Assembly (NCBI GenBank): GCA_035628995.1
Contig: DASPIR010000017.1
Location: forward strand, 4,651 to 68,650
Direction of reading: 5' to 3'
Origin: Clostridia bacterium
GTDB taxonomy: Bacteria; Bacillota; Clostridia; Lutisporales; Lutisporaceae
DNA: 64,000 nt
Position numbers and translations under genes: made by a program. Positions within the stretch are counted from its first letter, which is position 1. Every line of letters begins with the position of its first letter. The notes below the pieces were generated by a model. It saw only the letters and a program-made list of their open reading frames with translations. It did no database searches and was not told where the DNA came from. Below, piece after piece: positions 18,330 to 27,859 of this stretch.

Positions 18330-19400
18330 ATGTATGATGTTATAATTGTCGGCGCTGGACCCGCAGGGGCCACACTGGCAAGGCTAATAGGAAAAAGATA
18401 TAAAGTACTTATGCTGGACAAAAGGCAGCTTATCGAAACATCATTAAGGAGGACCTTCGAAAAATGCTGCGGCGGGCTTATTGCGCCTGATGCTCAGCAT
18501 ATGCTGGCGACTTTGGGTCTGGGAGTGCCTAAGGACGTACTGGTTGGACCACAGCTTTTTACTGTAAGAACAATCGATATGCAGAACTCCATAGAAAGAT
18601 ACTACCAGAGACATTACATAAATGTTGACAGGGAGAAATTTGACCAGTGGATGGTTTCGCTGATTCCGGATGAAGTAGATATTAGATGCGGCTGCTTGTT
18701 TAAGAGATATGAAGAGGAGGATGACAGGTTCAAGGTAAGCTATATTCAAAACGGTAAGGAATATGTGGAATATGCGAACATGCTTGTAGGAGCAGATGGA
18801 GCCTCGTCGGTAGTAAGAAAGCAGGCATTCCCCGCTGAAGCTGCTCCAAAGCTTTATACGTCTATACAGGAATGGCTTAAGTTTGATAACGCGCTGCCTT
18901 ACTTTTCATCAATATTTGACAGCCAAATCACAGACTTTTACTCGTGGACAATTCCCAAAGAGGATTGCTTGCTTGTGGGTACCGCAATTCCATATGGCGA
19001 GGATGCATGGGGAAAGTTTAATCTTCTAAAGGAAAAGATGAGAAATTATAATTATAAATTAGGTAAAAGTATAAAGACCAAAGGTGCTTTCATATATAGA
19101 CCTGTTAAGCTTGATCAGATATGCACAGGAAGAGGCAGGATAGCACTTATCGGAGAAGCGGCAGGCTGGATAAGCCCCAGCTCGGCAGAGGGTATGAGCT
19201 ACTCAATGAGAAGTGCCCTTGCTCTGGCGCAGAGCTTAGAGAGCGGTCTGGATGACTTTATAGGCAATTATAAAAAGAACGTTGCTTCACTGAAAAGAAA
19301 TATCCTTGTCAAGAATTTGAAATCACCCTTTATGTACAATCCGATAATACGAAAGGCAGTGATGAAATCAGGACTCTTAAGCATGGAGATAAAGGGATAG
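18330..19400 (+). CDS. FAD-dependent oxidoreductase (geranylgeranyl-reductase-like)
   Basis: MYDVIIVGAGPAGATLA dinucleotide-binding motif and ..LVGADGASSVVR... Confidence 0.75.
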   Translation: MYDVIIVGAGPAGATLARLIGKRYKVLMLDKRQLIETSLRRTFEKCCGGLIAPDAQHMLATLGLGVPKDVLVGPQLFTVRTIDMQNSIERYYQRHYINVDREKFDQWMVSLIPDEVDIRCGCLFKRYEEEDDRFKVSYIQNGKEYVEYANMLVGADGASSVVRKQAFPAEAAPKLYTSIQEWLKFDNALPYFSSIFDSQITDFYSWTIPKEDCLLVGTAIPYGEDAWGKFNLLKEKMRNYNYKLGKSIKTKGAFIYRPVKLDQICTGRGRIALIGEAAGWISPSSAEGMSYSMRSALALAQSLESGLDDFIGNYKKNVASLKRNILVKNLKSPFMYNPIIRKAVMKSGLLSMEIKG

Positions 19401-19470
19401 GCAGAATGTATAGGAAGGGCTTGCATAATTATTAACAAATTACCTCAATATATTTGTGAGGTGAGATAAT

Positions 19471-19938
19471 ATGCAAATATTGAAGTATACACATGTATTT
19501 TATTTTGCAGTTACATGGGTTTTTGTGCTTATATTTATTAAGCCAAAACGCATCAAGGAACTAATTCCGGTGGCTGTATTGGGAGTTATAGGATTAACCA
19601 TAGTTGATGTTTATATTACTTCTCTTAATTTGTACCAGTATAACAACCCGGTGGTCAACGTCTTAGGTGCTCCTTTATTCCACTTGCTGTGGGGAGGAGG
19701 AGCGGCAATAGTATACATTCACTACATGAAACCCGGATTCAGCCGAAAACTTGTAAATGTGATACTTTTTTCTATAATTACATTAGCACTTGAATTTATA
19801 GCAGAAAAGGCTGGGGTAGCTTCCCGACTAGGGAGCTATAGTATCCTGCACAGTGCACTGCTGGACTTTTCCGCTTTGGTCGTGCTGCTGTGGATTGCTG
19901 AAGGTTTGTATGGCAATAGGATATATAAAAGATATTAA
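19471..19938 (+). CDS. integral membrane protein, distant CBO0543-like
   Basis: 155 aa, 4-5 TM. ..KPKRIKELIPVAVL..LYQYNNPV.. is loosely collinear with 9400-10582. Confidence 0.5.
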   Translation: MQILKYTHVFYFAVTWVFVLIFIKPKRIKELIPVAVLGVIGLTIVDVYITSLNLYQYNNPVVNVLGAPLFHLLWGGGAAIVYIHYMKPGFSRKLVNVILFSIITLALEFIAEKAGVASRLGSYSILHSALLDFSALVVLLWIAEGLYGNRIYKRY

Positions 19939-19967
19939 AGCATCTTAAGAACTCAATAGCACATCAA

Positions 19968-20016
19968 CATAAAGCGCACTGTATTTAAGTAAATTACAGT
20001 GCGCTTTATGTTATTT
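19968..20016. terminator. bidirectional terminator hairpin
   Basis: 16-bp stem CATAAAGCGCACTGTA/TACAGTGCGCTTTATG between convergent genes. Confidence 0.75.
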
Positions 20017-20052
20017 AATTGGCTTGCCAGCTTAGGTGCAGGGCATCTATTC

Positions 20053-21765
20053 TTATATCTTGAATTTCTCAACCATATTATTGAGCTTCTTTGCCAGCAC
20101 AGCTTGATTTTGAGTTGATTTAGCTATTTCCTCAATTGCAACAGCAGTATCCTTTAGACTGTCTGCAATACTATCAGTACCGGCTGAAGTCTGTTGGGCA
20201 GTAGCTGAAACATTTTGGATTGCACTGTCTATTTGCTCCATAGATTCTGACATTAATTTTGAGGCACTTGAAATCTTGTTTGCCATTCCATGTATGTATA
20301 GAGCATCTTCCTCATATTGTATGCCCATACCGACAAATGCCTTATAATCTGGATCTACTGTATTTTCTATAAAATCTAATATCTCTCTTGTATTTTGAGA
20401 CAGATTGTCAAATGCTGTTTTTACTTGAATAGTTACATTTTGGATATTAACTACAGTTTGTGATGATTGCTCAGCTAGATGACGAACCTCGTTCGCAACT
20501 ACGGCAAATCCTTTGCCTTGCTCTCCTGCTCTTGCGGCTTCAATAGCAGCATTTAATGAAAGCATGTTTGTCTGAGCGGAAATATCACTAATAATATCGG
20601 CCATTACCTTTATATTCTCAACTACCTTTCCATCTTCAATGGCTCTAAGTACATTAGCCTGCTTTACATCATATATCGATCTTACTGATTCCATTGATCG
20701 GCTCCCTTTTTCTTTTATTTGGGCAGCACGTATTTGTATCTCATTGGAGGAGGAATCAGCATCGGTCGCATTATTGCTAAGTTCAGCTGTAGCTGCGCTT
20801 ACCTCTTCAATTGTTGCCGTAATTTCCTCAGTTGCAGCACTGAGCTCTTCGGCTCCCTTGGATATTTCACCAGTGGACTCGCTGATGCTTTCCATAGTTG
20901 AAGAAACCTCTTCTACTGTTGCTGATAATTCTTCGCTCAAAGTACTGATATCTCCTGCACCAGCTATGATGTCTGAAATAAGCTGCCTCGTATTCTCTCC
21001 GGCTTTGTTAAGCGCTTTAGCTAAAGCACCTATTTCGTCTTTTGTATTAATATTAATTGATTTTGTAAGGTCCCCATTGCCAATAGCCTCTGCAAACAAC
21101 ATAACCTTTCTAAGCTGTCGCGAGATGACAGTTGATATAATTAAACCAAATAGAATTGCAACTGAAAAACCTATGACTGTTGTTACAAGAATAAAGTTAA
21201 TTGAGTTTTTATATATTGAATTGTTAATAATATAAGTATTGGCAGCCATCTGTGTATTTAAATCTACGAGCTTGTCTAAAACTTCATATGTCTTTGTTTT
21301 TGATTCCGTTACTTTTGTAAATGCGGCTGCTGCTTCCTCATACTGGTTATTTTTGACTAAACTGATGATTTCCTCTTGTATGCTTCTGTAATCCTGTAGA
21401 TCCGTCTTAAACTGATCAAATAGTTCTTTTCCTTTTATTATACTGTTTGTCTTTTCAAATTCTTGCATCAGCTTATCATTTTCTAATTTAAGCAAATCTA
21501 TATTGGTAAAGCGCTTGACAAGAATGTCAGAATCTCTCACATATACAATGTATAAAAAATCCGTGTATACTTCATCAAGATTTTCCTTAATTGTTCTTAT
21601 AGAGTTTGTCCCAATAAAATTTTCATTATATAGACTTTCTGCATTTGAATTAATTCTAGACATGTTAGCTAAACCGGAATATCCAACAATCCCTATAAAT
21701 AGACACACAAAAATAAAGCTGGCCACCAGTTTTTGGGACAGCTTGAGATTCAGAAAGTATTTCAT
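20053..21765 (-). CDS. methyl-accepting chemotaxis protein
   Basis: N-terminal TM, sensor region, HAMP, and the conserved signalling hairpin (..[35 protein letters not shown]..). Confidence 0.9.
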   Translation of the reverse strand: MKYFLNLKLSQKLVASFIFVCLFIGIVGYSGLANMSRINSNAESLYNENFIGTNSIRTIKENLDEVYTDFLYIVYVRDSDILVKRFTNIDLLKLENDKLMQEFEKTNSIIKGKELFDQFKTDLQDYRSIQEEIISLVKNNQYEEAAAAFTKVTESKTKTYEVLDKLVDLNTQMAANTYIINNSIYKNSINFILVTTVIGFSVAILFGLIISTVISRQLRKVMLFAEAIGNGDLTKSININTKDEIGALAKALNKAGENTRQLISDIIAGAGDISTLSEELSATVEEVSSTMESISESTGEISKGAEELSAATEEITATIEEVSAATAELSNNATDADSSSNEIQIRAAQIKEKGSRSMESVRSIYDVKQANVLRAIEDGKVVENIKVMADIISDISAQTNMLSLNAAIEAARAGEQGKGFAVVANEVRHLAEQSSQTVVNIQNVTIQVKTAFDNLSQNTREILDFIENTVDPDYKAFVGMGIQYEEDALYIHGMANKISSASKLMSESMEQIDSAIQNVSATAQQTSAGTDSIADSLKDTAVAIEEIAKSTQNQAVLAKKLNNMVEKFKI

Positions 21766-22002
21766 ATCAACAACTCCTCATTTAAATATTGACAATTGGC
21801 ATGTATAGTTAATTGAGGAGAAACTAATTCAATAATATAACTATTTTGCTAAAAATGCAATGTATATGAAAATTATGTATATATATATGAGGAATAACCT
21901 AATGAAAACGCGAGCATATGCAGTAAATTGATTAACCTATAAATCTTTACAAAAAAATATTGTTATATGTTTACATATTTCGGCATATGTGCTAAACTCA
22001 AA

Positions 22003-22023
22003 TTGTCGACAATTGGTATACAA
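22003..22023. promoter_or_regulatory. candidate GntR operator(s) upstream of the regulator gene
   Basis: TTGTCGACAA is immediately followed by TTGGTATACAA. Both fit the GT-Nx-AC palindrome type, 20 nt upstream of the ATG. Confidence 0.45.
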
Positions 22024-22042
22024 AGTTTAAGGAGAGAAGTTT

Positions 22043-22687
22043 ATGAAGGATAATTGTAAACAAATGGCTTATGATTATTTATACAATTCCATAATAACCA
22101 ATCAACTAAAGCCGGGACAACCTGTTATCGAACAGGAAATATCCGACAACCTCGGAACCAGCCGTACCCCTGTACGAGAAGCGTTGAAACAATTAGAGTC
22201 AGAGGGTTTAGTTCGTCATATGCCTGGAAGAGGTGCATTTGTCTCTGAAGTCACCACAGAAGATGTAGAAGAGATATTTGTGTTAAGGGAAATGTTGGAA
22301 GTACTTGCGCTGCAAGTTGCATGGAAAAAAATTGGGGATGAAGAAATAAATAAAGCAGAACAGTTTCTTTCATCACTAGATTCAAATTGTTCTATAGATG
22401 ACTTCTATAAGAGTGACAGGATGATTCATGATTTAATAGTACGTAATGGTAATAATCGCAGACTTGAGGGCTTTCTAAACAATATTAATGCTCAAATAGA
22501 GAGGATAAGGATACTTTCATCATTAACTCCTCAGCGCCTTGGCAAATCCAAAGCAGAGCATCTTGAAATCATTAGCGCTATGAAGGAAAGAAATTTAGAG
22601 AAGACTGAGGAGTTATTGCGAGTTCATATAAATAATGTTAAAGAGAGTGCAATAGAAGTTTGCAGAAGTATGAGATATAGTAGGTAA
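22043..22687 (+). CDS. GntR-family (FadR/FCD subfamily) transcriptional regulator
   Basis: ..ISDNLGTSRTPVREALKQLESEGLV.. wHTH plus a helical FCD-like C-terminus. Confidence 0.85.
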   Translation: MKDNCKQMAYDYLYNSIITNQLKPGQPVIEQEISDNLGTSRTPVREALKQLESEGLVRHMPGRGAFVSEVTTEDVEEIFVLREMLEVLALQVAWKKIGDEEINKAEQFLSSLDSNCSIDDFYKSDRMIHDLIVRNGNNRRLEGFLNNINAQIERIRILSSLTPQRLGKSKAEHLEIISAMKERNLEKTEELLRVHINNVKESAIEVCRSMRYSR

Positions 22688-22715
22688 AATTATGCTTTTT
22701 TACCTTAAATTGTCC

Positions 22716-22735
22716 ACAGATTGTATACAATCTGT
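22716..22735. promoter_or_regulatory. candidate GntR operator (20-bp perfect palindrome)
   Basis: ACAGATTGTA|TACAATCTGT lies between the gntR stop (22687) and the AcnX start (22832). Confidence 0.55.
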
Positions 22736-22831
22736 CGGCAAGGAATATATTTATTTTTGGAGGTGATGATGTGAGGTTCTGCTCACAGGAATCAAATTTA
22801 TTTGGAATACAACAGAGAAAGGAGGATATGT

Positions 22832-24070
22832 ATGCGATTAACAAATGAAGAAGAACGGATGTTAGAAGGTAAATATGGGTATCCTGTGCAAAAAGCAATG
22901 GAAATCCTTGTGAAGTTAGGTGAAATTTATAATGCTGAAGAGATGCTTCCAATATCCAGCGTACATATGCCAGGAGCATCAGCAGTAGTTGCTGGTGAGG
23001 CGGCAACTAAATTTGTAGAAATGATGGCTGAAAAAGGAGGAAAATTCAGAGTATTTACAACTTTGAATACTGCAGCTATTGACTTTGAATTTTGGAAAGA
23101 AATCGGTTACCCAGAAGATATATATAAATTGCAAAACAGGCTTACTCGCGCATATGAAGCTATGGGAGGGATAGCCTGCCACTCATGTACGCCTTATCTA
23201 ATAGGAAACAATCCCCGACTTGGAGAAAACATAGCTTGGGGTGAATCATCAGCGATTGCTTTTGTCAATTCAGTACTTGGAGCTCGGACAAACCGACACG
23301 GAGGTCCATCAGCACTTGCAGCTGCACTTACTGGACGTGTTCCTGCGTACGGGTATCATCTTCAGGAAAATAGGTATGGGCATATATTGGTTAATGTGAC
23401 AACGGTATTGAATGGTATAGATGATTATGGCAGCTTGGGTTACTGGGTTGGAAAAATTGTAGAGAGCAAAGTACCTGTCTTTACTGGTATTCCTAAAGAT
23501 GTAACTAATGATCAGCTTAAGATGCTTAGTGCTGCCCTAGCTTCATCAGGTTCTGTTGCATTATTTCATGTAGTAGGTATTACTCCGGAAGCACCTACTG
23601 TAGATGCTGCTTTTGGAGGACGACAACCTGAGCTGGTGCTTGAGTTTGGGAAGAATCAATTAATGGAAGGTCAGAATTCTCTAAATAAACAGCAAGGGCA
23701 AGAAATTTCACTGGTAACAATCGGATGCCCACATGCATCAATCTCCGAAATCGGGACGATTGCTAAAATGCTTGCCAATAAAAAGTTACATGCCGGAGTA
23801 GAATTGTGGGTAATTACTGCAATGCCAAACAAAATTTACGCAGAACGATGCGGCTATAAGGGAATTATCGAAGCTGCAGGAGGTCATATAATTAGTGATA
23901 CTTGTCCGATTCTTTCGCCTATGGCTTATGTAGCTAAGGAAAAAGGATATACGGCCATCGCTACAAATTCTGCAAAATTAGCACATTATGCTCCGGGGCA
24001 ATGGGCACTCCCAACCTATTATGGTAGCATGGAGAGATGCATAAATGCCGCTTTGAACGGCAGATTTTAA
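22832..24070 (+). CDS. aconitase X catalytic (large) subunit, DUF521 family
   Basis: MRLTNEEERMLEGKYGYPVQKAMEILVKLGEIYNAEEMLPISSVH.. is the typical AcnX N-terminus. ATG at 22832 follows GGAGGA. Confidence 0.85.
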   Translation: MRLTNEEERMLEGKYGYPVQKAMEILVKLGEIYNAEEMLPISSVHMPGASAVVAGEAATKFVEMMAEKGGKFRVFTTLNTAAIDFEFWKEIGYPEDIYKLQNRLTRAYEAMGGIACHSCTPYLIGNNPRLGENIAWGESSAIAFVNSVLGARTNRHGGPSALAAALTGRVPAYGYHLQENRYGHILVNVTTVLNGIDDYGSLGYWVGKIVESKVPVFTGIPKDVTNDQLKMLSAALASSGSVALFHVVGITPEAPTVDAAFGGRQPELVLEFGKNQLMEGQNSLNKQQGQEISLVTIGCPHASISEIGTIAKMLANKKLHAGVELWVITAMPNKIYAERCGYKGIIEAAGGHIISDTCPILSPMAYVAKEKGYTAIATNSAKLAHYAPGQWALPTYYGSMERCINAALNGRF

Positions 24071-24091
24071 GGATGCGGAGGGAAATGAACT

Positions 24092-24493
24092 ATGCAAATT
24101 ATTAAAGGTCGTAAAGTAATTGGCGGCAAAGCAAAGGGGGAAGCTTTAGTAACCTCTGAGCCAATATGTTTTCTTGGTGGTATAGATGTAAAGACAGGGC
24201 AGGTTACGGAAGTAGGCCATCCTCTATATGGTAAAAGTATTGCGGGGAAAATATTAGTATTTCCTACAGGAAAGGGTTCTACAGGAGGTTCTTATTTAAT
24301 ATATGAAGCAGCATCCAACGGTGTAGGTCCAGCAGCTATGATTAATTATAATGTTGAACAGGTTACTGCCATTGGCTGCATCATAGCGGAGATTCCCCTG
24401 ATAGATCAAGCAGAGCTTGACCCCATAAAGCTTATAAAAGATGGTGATTGCGTAGAAGTGGATGCAGATGCAGGAACCATCACTATATTATAA
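24092..24493 (+). CDS. aconitase X swivel-domain (small) subunit, DUF126 family
   Basis: ..GRKVIGGKAKGEALVTSEPICFLGGIDVKTGQV..GKILVFPTGKGSTGGS... Confidence 0.85.
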   Translation: MQIIKGRKVIGGKAKGEALVTSEPICFLGGIDVKTGQVTEVGHPLYGKSIAGKILVFPTGKGSTGGSYLIYEAASNGVGPAAMINYNVEQVTAIGCIIAEIPLIDQAELDPIKLIKDGDCVEVDADAGTITIL

Positions 24494-24511
24494 AGAGAGG
24501 TAGAATGGAAT

Positions 24512-25174
24512 ATGCCGTTTGAACAATATCGAGCACGACTAGAGAAGCTATCCTCAACAAATATTGCTGATGCATTGGATACATACGGTCTAAAGGGTGC
24601 TACCTATGGAATTCGTCCTATTTGGGAAGGTGCAAGTAAAATAGTTGGAGAAGCGGTTACGGTTAAATTGATAGCAGCTGGGCTGACAAAGGGTAAGAAT
24701 CATCTAGGAGTTAAAGCCATCGATGCGGCTAAGGCCGGGGATGTAATAGTAGTCGATAACGGCGGACGATTGGACACTTCATGCTGGGGTGGAATTTTGG
24801 CCAATGGAGCAAAGATGAAGGGCGTAAATGGAGTAGTAATTGATGGGGCATGTCGTGATGTAGATGACTATGTAGATATCAAATTCCCTGTATACTCAAG
24901 GGGTTCTGTTGTAGCAACTGCACGTGGAAGGATTATGGAAGAAGCAACTAATATAATGATTCAATTTGCAGGTGTTCAAGTCCGACCTGGAGATATAGTA
25001 TTTGGTGATCGCAGTGGAGTTGTAGTTATTCCTGCGGAAAAACTGGAAGAAGTTTTAGTAAAAGCTGAAGAACTTTATGAAAAAGAGGAAGCTATGATTT
25101 CTGAAATACGTGCAGGAAAGTCTATGCTTGAAGTAGATAATAAATACAGTTATGAAAAGATGCTCAGTAAGTAA
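24512..25174 (+). CDS. RraA-family protein (HMG/CHA aldolase or oxaloacetate decarboxylase type), paralog 1
   Basis: ..TNIADALD..GDVIVVDNGG..CWGGILANGAKMKGVNGVVIDGACRD... Confidence 0.8.
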   Translation: MPFEQYRARLEKLSSTNIADALDTYGLKGATYGIRPIWEGASKIVGEAVTVKLIAAGLTKGKNHLGVKAIDAAKAGDVIVVDNGGRLDTSCWGGILANGAKMKGVNGVVIDGACRDVDDYVDIKFPVYSRGSVVATARGRIMEEATNIMIQFAGVQVRPGDIVFGDRSGVVVIPAEKLEEVLVKAEELYEKEEAMISEIRAGKSMLEVDNKYSYEKMLSK

Positions 25175-25199
25175 AGATGATGCTTAAGGAGATGAGGGC

Positions 25200-25838
25200 A
25201 TGGTAAATAGAGAAGAGATAGAGCAGTTCAGTAAACTTCCCACAGGCAATGTTTGTGATGCCAATAACAAAAGTGGAAATATGGATTTTAATATTAAGCC
25301 TATAGACAAAAAAAGCAAGCTGGTAGGGCCTGCTGTTACAGTAAGATGCCAGCCTGGAGATAACTTGATAATACATGAAGCTATATATAGGGCACAACCT
25401 GGCTCGGTTCTCGTTATCGACGCTCATGGCTACACAGGTGCAGGGCCAATGGGAGAAATAGTAGTTATAGCTTGTCAGGAAAGAGGTATTGCGGGCATCG
25501 TAGTTGATGGTACATGCCGTGATGCAAACGATATCGAGGAATTGTGCTTCCCATTTTTCTGCAGAGGCTTTAATCCTGGCGGTACGGTAAAAGAAAGCTG
25601 GGGAACTATTAACGAAACTATTCAATGTGGTGGTGTAGTAGTTAACCCAGGCGACATAGTCGTTGGAGATGTGGATGGAGTAGTAGTTGTTCCTAAGGAA
25701 AAAGCGGCAGAAGTTTTGAACAAGGCAGCGGCTATAGCGGAAAAGGAAATTAAGGTAAGGGAAATGCTTCGCCAAGGGAAGACGACTCTTGAAATATATG
25801 GTTTTGACAAGGTTATTGAACAAAAAGGATATAAGTAG
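25200..25838 (+). CDS. RraA-family protein, paralog 2
   Basis: ..GNVCDANN..GSVLVIDAHG..GEIVVIACQERGIAGIVVDGTCRD... Confidence 0.8.
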   Translation: MVNREEIEQFSKLPTGNVCDANNKSGNMDFNIKPIDKKSKLVGPAVTVRCQPGDNLIIHEAIYRAQPGSVLVIDAHGYTGAGPMGEIVVIACQERGIAGIVVDGTCRDANDIEELCFPFFCRGFNPGGTVKESWGTINETIQCGGVVVNPGDIVVGDVDGVVVVPKEKAAEVLNKAAAIAEKEIKVREMLRQGKTTLEIYGFDKVIEQKGYK

Positions 25839-25848
25839 GAGGGGTAAT

Positions 25849-26520
25849 ATGAATAGCGTACCCAAAATTGATCTATCAATTATTGAAGCCTTCAAGGAGC
25901 TTGATACTACTAGTGTTTCTGACGCTTTGGATCGCCTTGGTATAACAGGGGGGCTCCTGGGCATTAAACCTGTAGTTGCTGATACTGCAATTTGTGGACA
26001 GGCATTTACAGTGCACTACGTTCCATGCGGTAATGTGAAAGGAACTGTAGGGGATTTTCTTGATGATGTTGAGCCTGGTCAGGTAGTGGTAATAGATAAC
26101 TCTGGCCGTGATTACTGTACTGTATGGGGAGACTTAATGTCAATAAGATCAACACGAATGGGTGTGGCAGGAACGGTTATTGACGGAGTATGCAGAGATA
26201 TACCTGCAATAAAGAAAATAGGATATCCAATTTTTACAAAGGGAACCTACATGGTTACTGGCAAGGACAGGGTTTATGTAGATGCAGTGAATGTGCCTGT
26301 TTCTATCTCCGGAGTTCAAGTTAAAGCTGGTGATATCATTATTGGAGATGAGACAGGAGTTCTGGTAGTTCCTATGGAGAGAGCAGGGGAAGTTCTTAAA
26401 GTATCACAGGAGATTGCTCAGAAAGAAGCTTTTATAGAAGAAGCAATTAAAAATGGATCTACACTGAGAGATGCCCGCGCTAAAGCAGGTTATCACCAGT
26501 TGCAGACACGCAAGGATTAG
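25849..26520 (+). CDS. RraA-family protein, paralog 3
   Basis: ..TSVSDALD..GQVVVIDNSG..VWGDLMSIRSTRMGVAGTVIDGVCRD... ATG at 25849 follows GGAGGGG. Confidence 0.8.
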   Translation: MNSVPKIDLSIIEAFKELDTTSVSDALDRLGITGGLLGIKPVVADTAICGQAFTVHYVPCGNVKGTVGDFLDDVEPGQVVVIDNSGRDYCTVWGDLMSIRSTRMGVAGTVIDGVCRDIPAIKKIGYPIFTKGTYMVTGKDRVYVDAVNVPVSISGVQVKAGDIIIGDETGVLVVPMERAGEVLKVSQEIAQKEAFIEEAIKNGSTLRDARAKAGYHQLQTRKD

Positions 26521-26569
26521 AAAATTATAATTGGTACTATACTAACGACATGGTAATGGGGGTATTTTA

Positions 26570-27859
26570 ATGAAAGATTTAAGTGTAAAACTAGGACCAT
26601 TAACTCTAAAGAATCCAATAATAGCTGCAGGTGGACCTCTGGCTGGCACGGTTGGACATATCAAAGACTGTGTAGATGCAGGCTTCGGAGCTATAGTGAC
26701 TAAAACTGCGTCTACAGTATGGTACCTGCAGAGATATCCAAGACCATTATATAAATTAATAGATTACAAAAAAGATAATAATAACGCATACTTCGTTCCG
26801 AATGACTATAACTGGATGCATAGAGAGCATAACTCGGTTTATCCTCCAAAACAGTTTGCGAAAATCATAAAAGAAGCTGCTCCTTATGCTAAGGAACATA
26901 ATTGTTCTATTATAGGAAGTTATTCTGCAAGATTCATGGAAGAATGGGTTGAGATAGCGAAACTCTATGAGGAGGCTGGGTGTGCAGCATTAGAACTGAA
27001 CTTCTGTTGTCCTTTCCCTCCTGAAGGATTAGCTAAGAGCCCGGATGATGTAAGAGTAGGTATTCACTACACAAAACATCCTGAAGAGGGAGTAGCGATA
27101 GTAAAGAAATTAAAAGAATTTGTGAAGATACCAATGTTCGTAAAGATGAGTCCTGACGGTTCAAACTTTGAACAGGTGGCTAAGATGCTTGAAGAGGCAG
27201 GAGCAGACGGGGTAACAATGTTTGCCAATAATAAGGTTATGAGAGTTGATATAGAGACAGGCAAACCTATTGCCTATGGCCCAGCACCAGGTACAGGCCC
27301 GGGGGTTAAGGCTCTAAGTTTAAGATGGGTAGCAGAGGTTTCTTCTAAGTGCGATTTTGCAGTTATGGGGAACCGCGGGGCTTCATCTTGGCAGGATGCT
27401 ATTGAATTCTTAATGTCCGGAGCTTCAGCAGTACAGTATTGCACACCTGTTATGATTCGAGGATTGGTTTATGTAAAAGAACTTCTTGACGGAATGGAAA
27501 AGTTTATGGAAAGAAGAGACTATAACAGTATAAACGAGTTCCAGGGCGTAGCGATGAGACAAATGTACAGCAATCAAGAACTCGTTGACAAAGTTAAGGC
27601 TCTATATGCTGAGGTTGATTATAGTAAATGTACAGGTTGTAAACGCTGCAGTCAGGTATGCTGGTATGATGCAATAAAAGTGGCAAAGAAAGCAATAATT
27701 AAGAAGCAACATTGTGCAGGTTGCAGCTTGTGTAGCCAGGTATGTCCCGTGAATGCAATTTCCATGCATGAAAGGGAAAATGATATTGAACATTTCCAAG
27801 CTATGGCTTCTGCGCATCCAGAGCTGGTACCGGACTTTTTTCCGGATGGAGAAAAATAA
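26570..27859 (+). CDS. dihydroorotate/dihydropyrimidine dehydrogenase (PreA)-like flavoenzyme with C-terminal 2x[4Fe-4S] domain
   Basis: ..LKNPIIAAGGPLAGT..GFGAIVTKT.. TIM-barrel N-terminus. C-terminal CTGCKRCSQVC and CAGCSLCSQVCP. Confidence 0.75.
   Translation: MKDLSVKLGPLTLKNPIIAAGGPLAGTVGHIKDCVDAGFGAIVTKTASTVWYLQRYPRPLYKLIDYKKDNNNAYFVPNDYNWMHREHNSVYPPKQFAKIIKEAAPYAKEHNCSIIGSYSARFMEEWVEIAKLYEEAGCAALELNFCCPFPPEGLAKSPDDVRVGIHYTKHPEEGVAIVKKLKEFVKIPMFVKMSPDGSNFEQVAKMLEEAGADGVTMFANNKVMRVDIETGKPIAYGPAPGTGPGVKALSLRWVAEVSSKCDFAVMGNRGASSWQDAIEFLMSGASAVQYCTPVMIRGLVYVKELLDGMEKFMERRDYNSINEFQGVAMRQMYSNQELVDKVKALYAEVDYSKCTGCKRCSQVCWYDAIKVAKKAIIKKQHCAGCSLCSQVCPVNAISMHERENDIEHFQAMASAHPELVPDFFPDGEK

Noticed and set aside
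20639-21235. 198-aa plus-strand ORF
   Set aside because: It is antisense to the MCP signalling domain. Its Ala/Ser-rich sequence mirrors the MCP coiled coil.
22802-22831. Upstream starts offered by the ORF track for AcnX (22802), RraA-3 (25789), UbiD (30691), U32 (55033), CYTH (60490), ATP-grasp 2 (61542), the [2Fe-2S] ferredoxin (16860) and the GRE activase (44594)
   Set aside because: In each case an internal start sits 5-9 nt behind a clear GGAGG-type Shine-Dalgarno and restores the family-typical N-terminus. The longer forms overlap upstream genes or add non-homologous residues.
25164-25964. 266-aa minus-strand ORF
   Set aside because: It is fully antisense to the RraA paralogs 2 and 3, has no motif, and is a typical shadow ORF.
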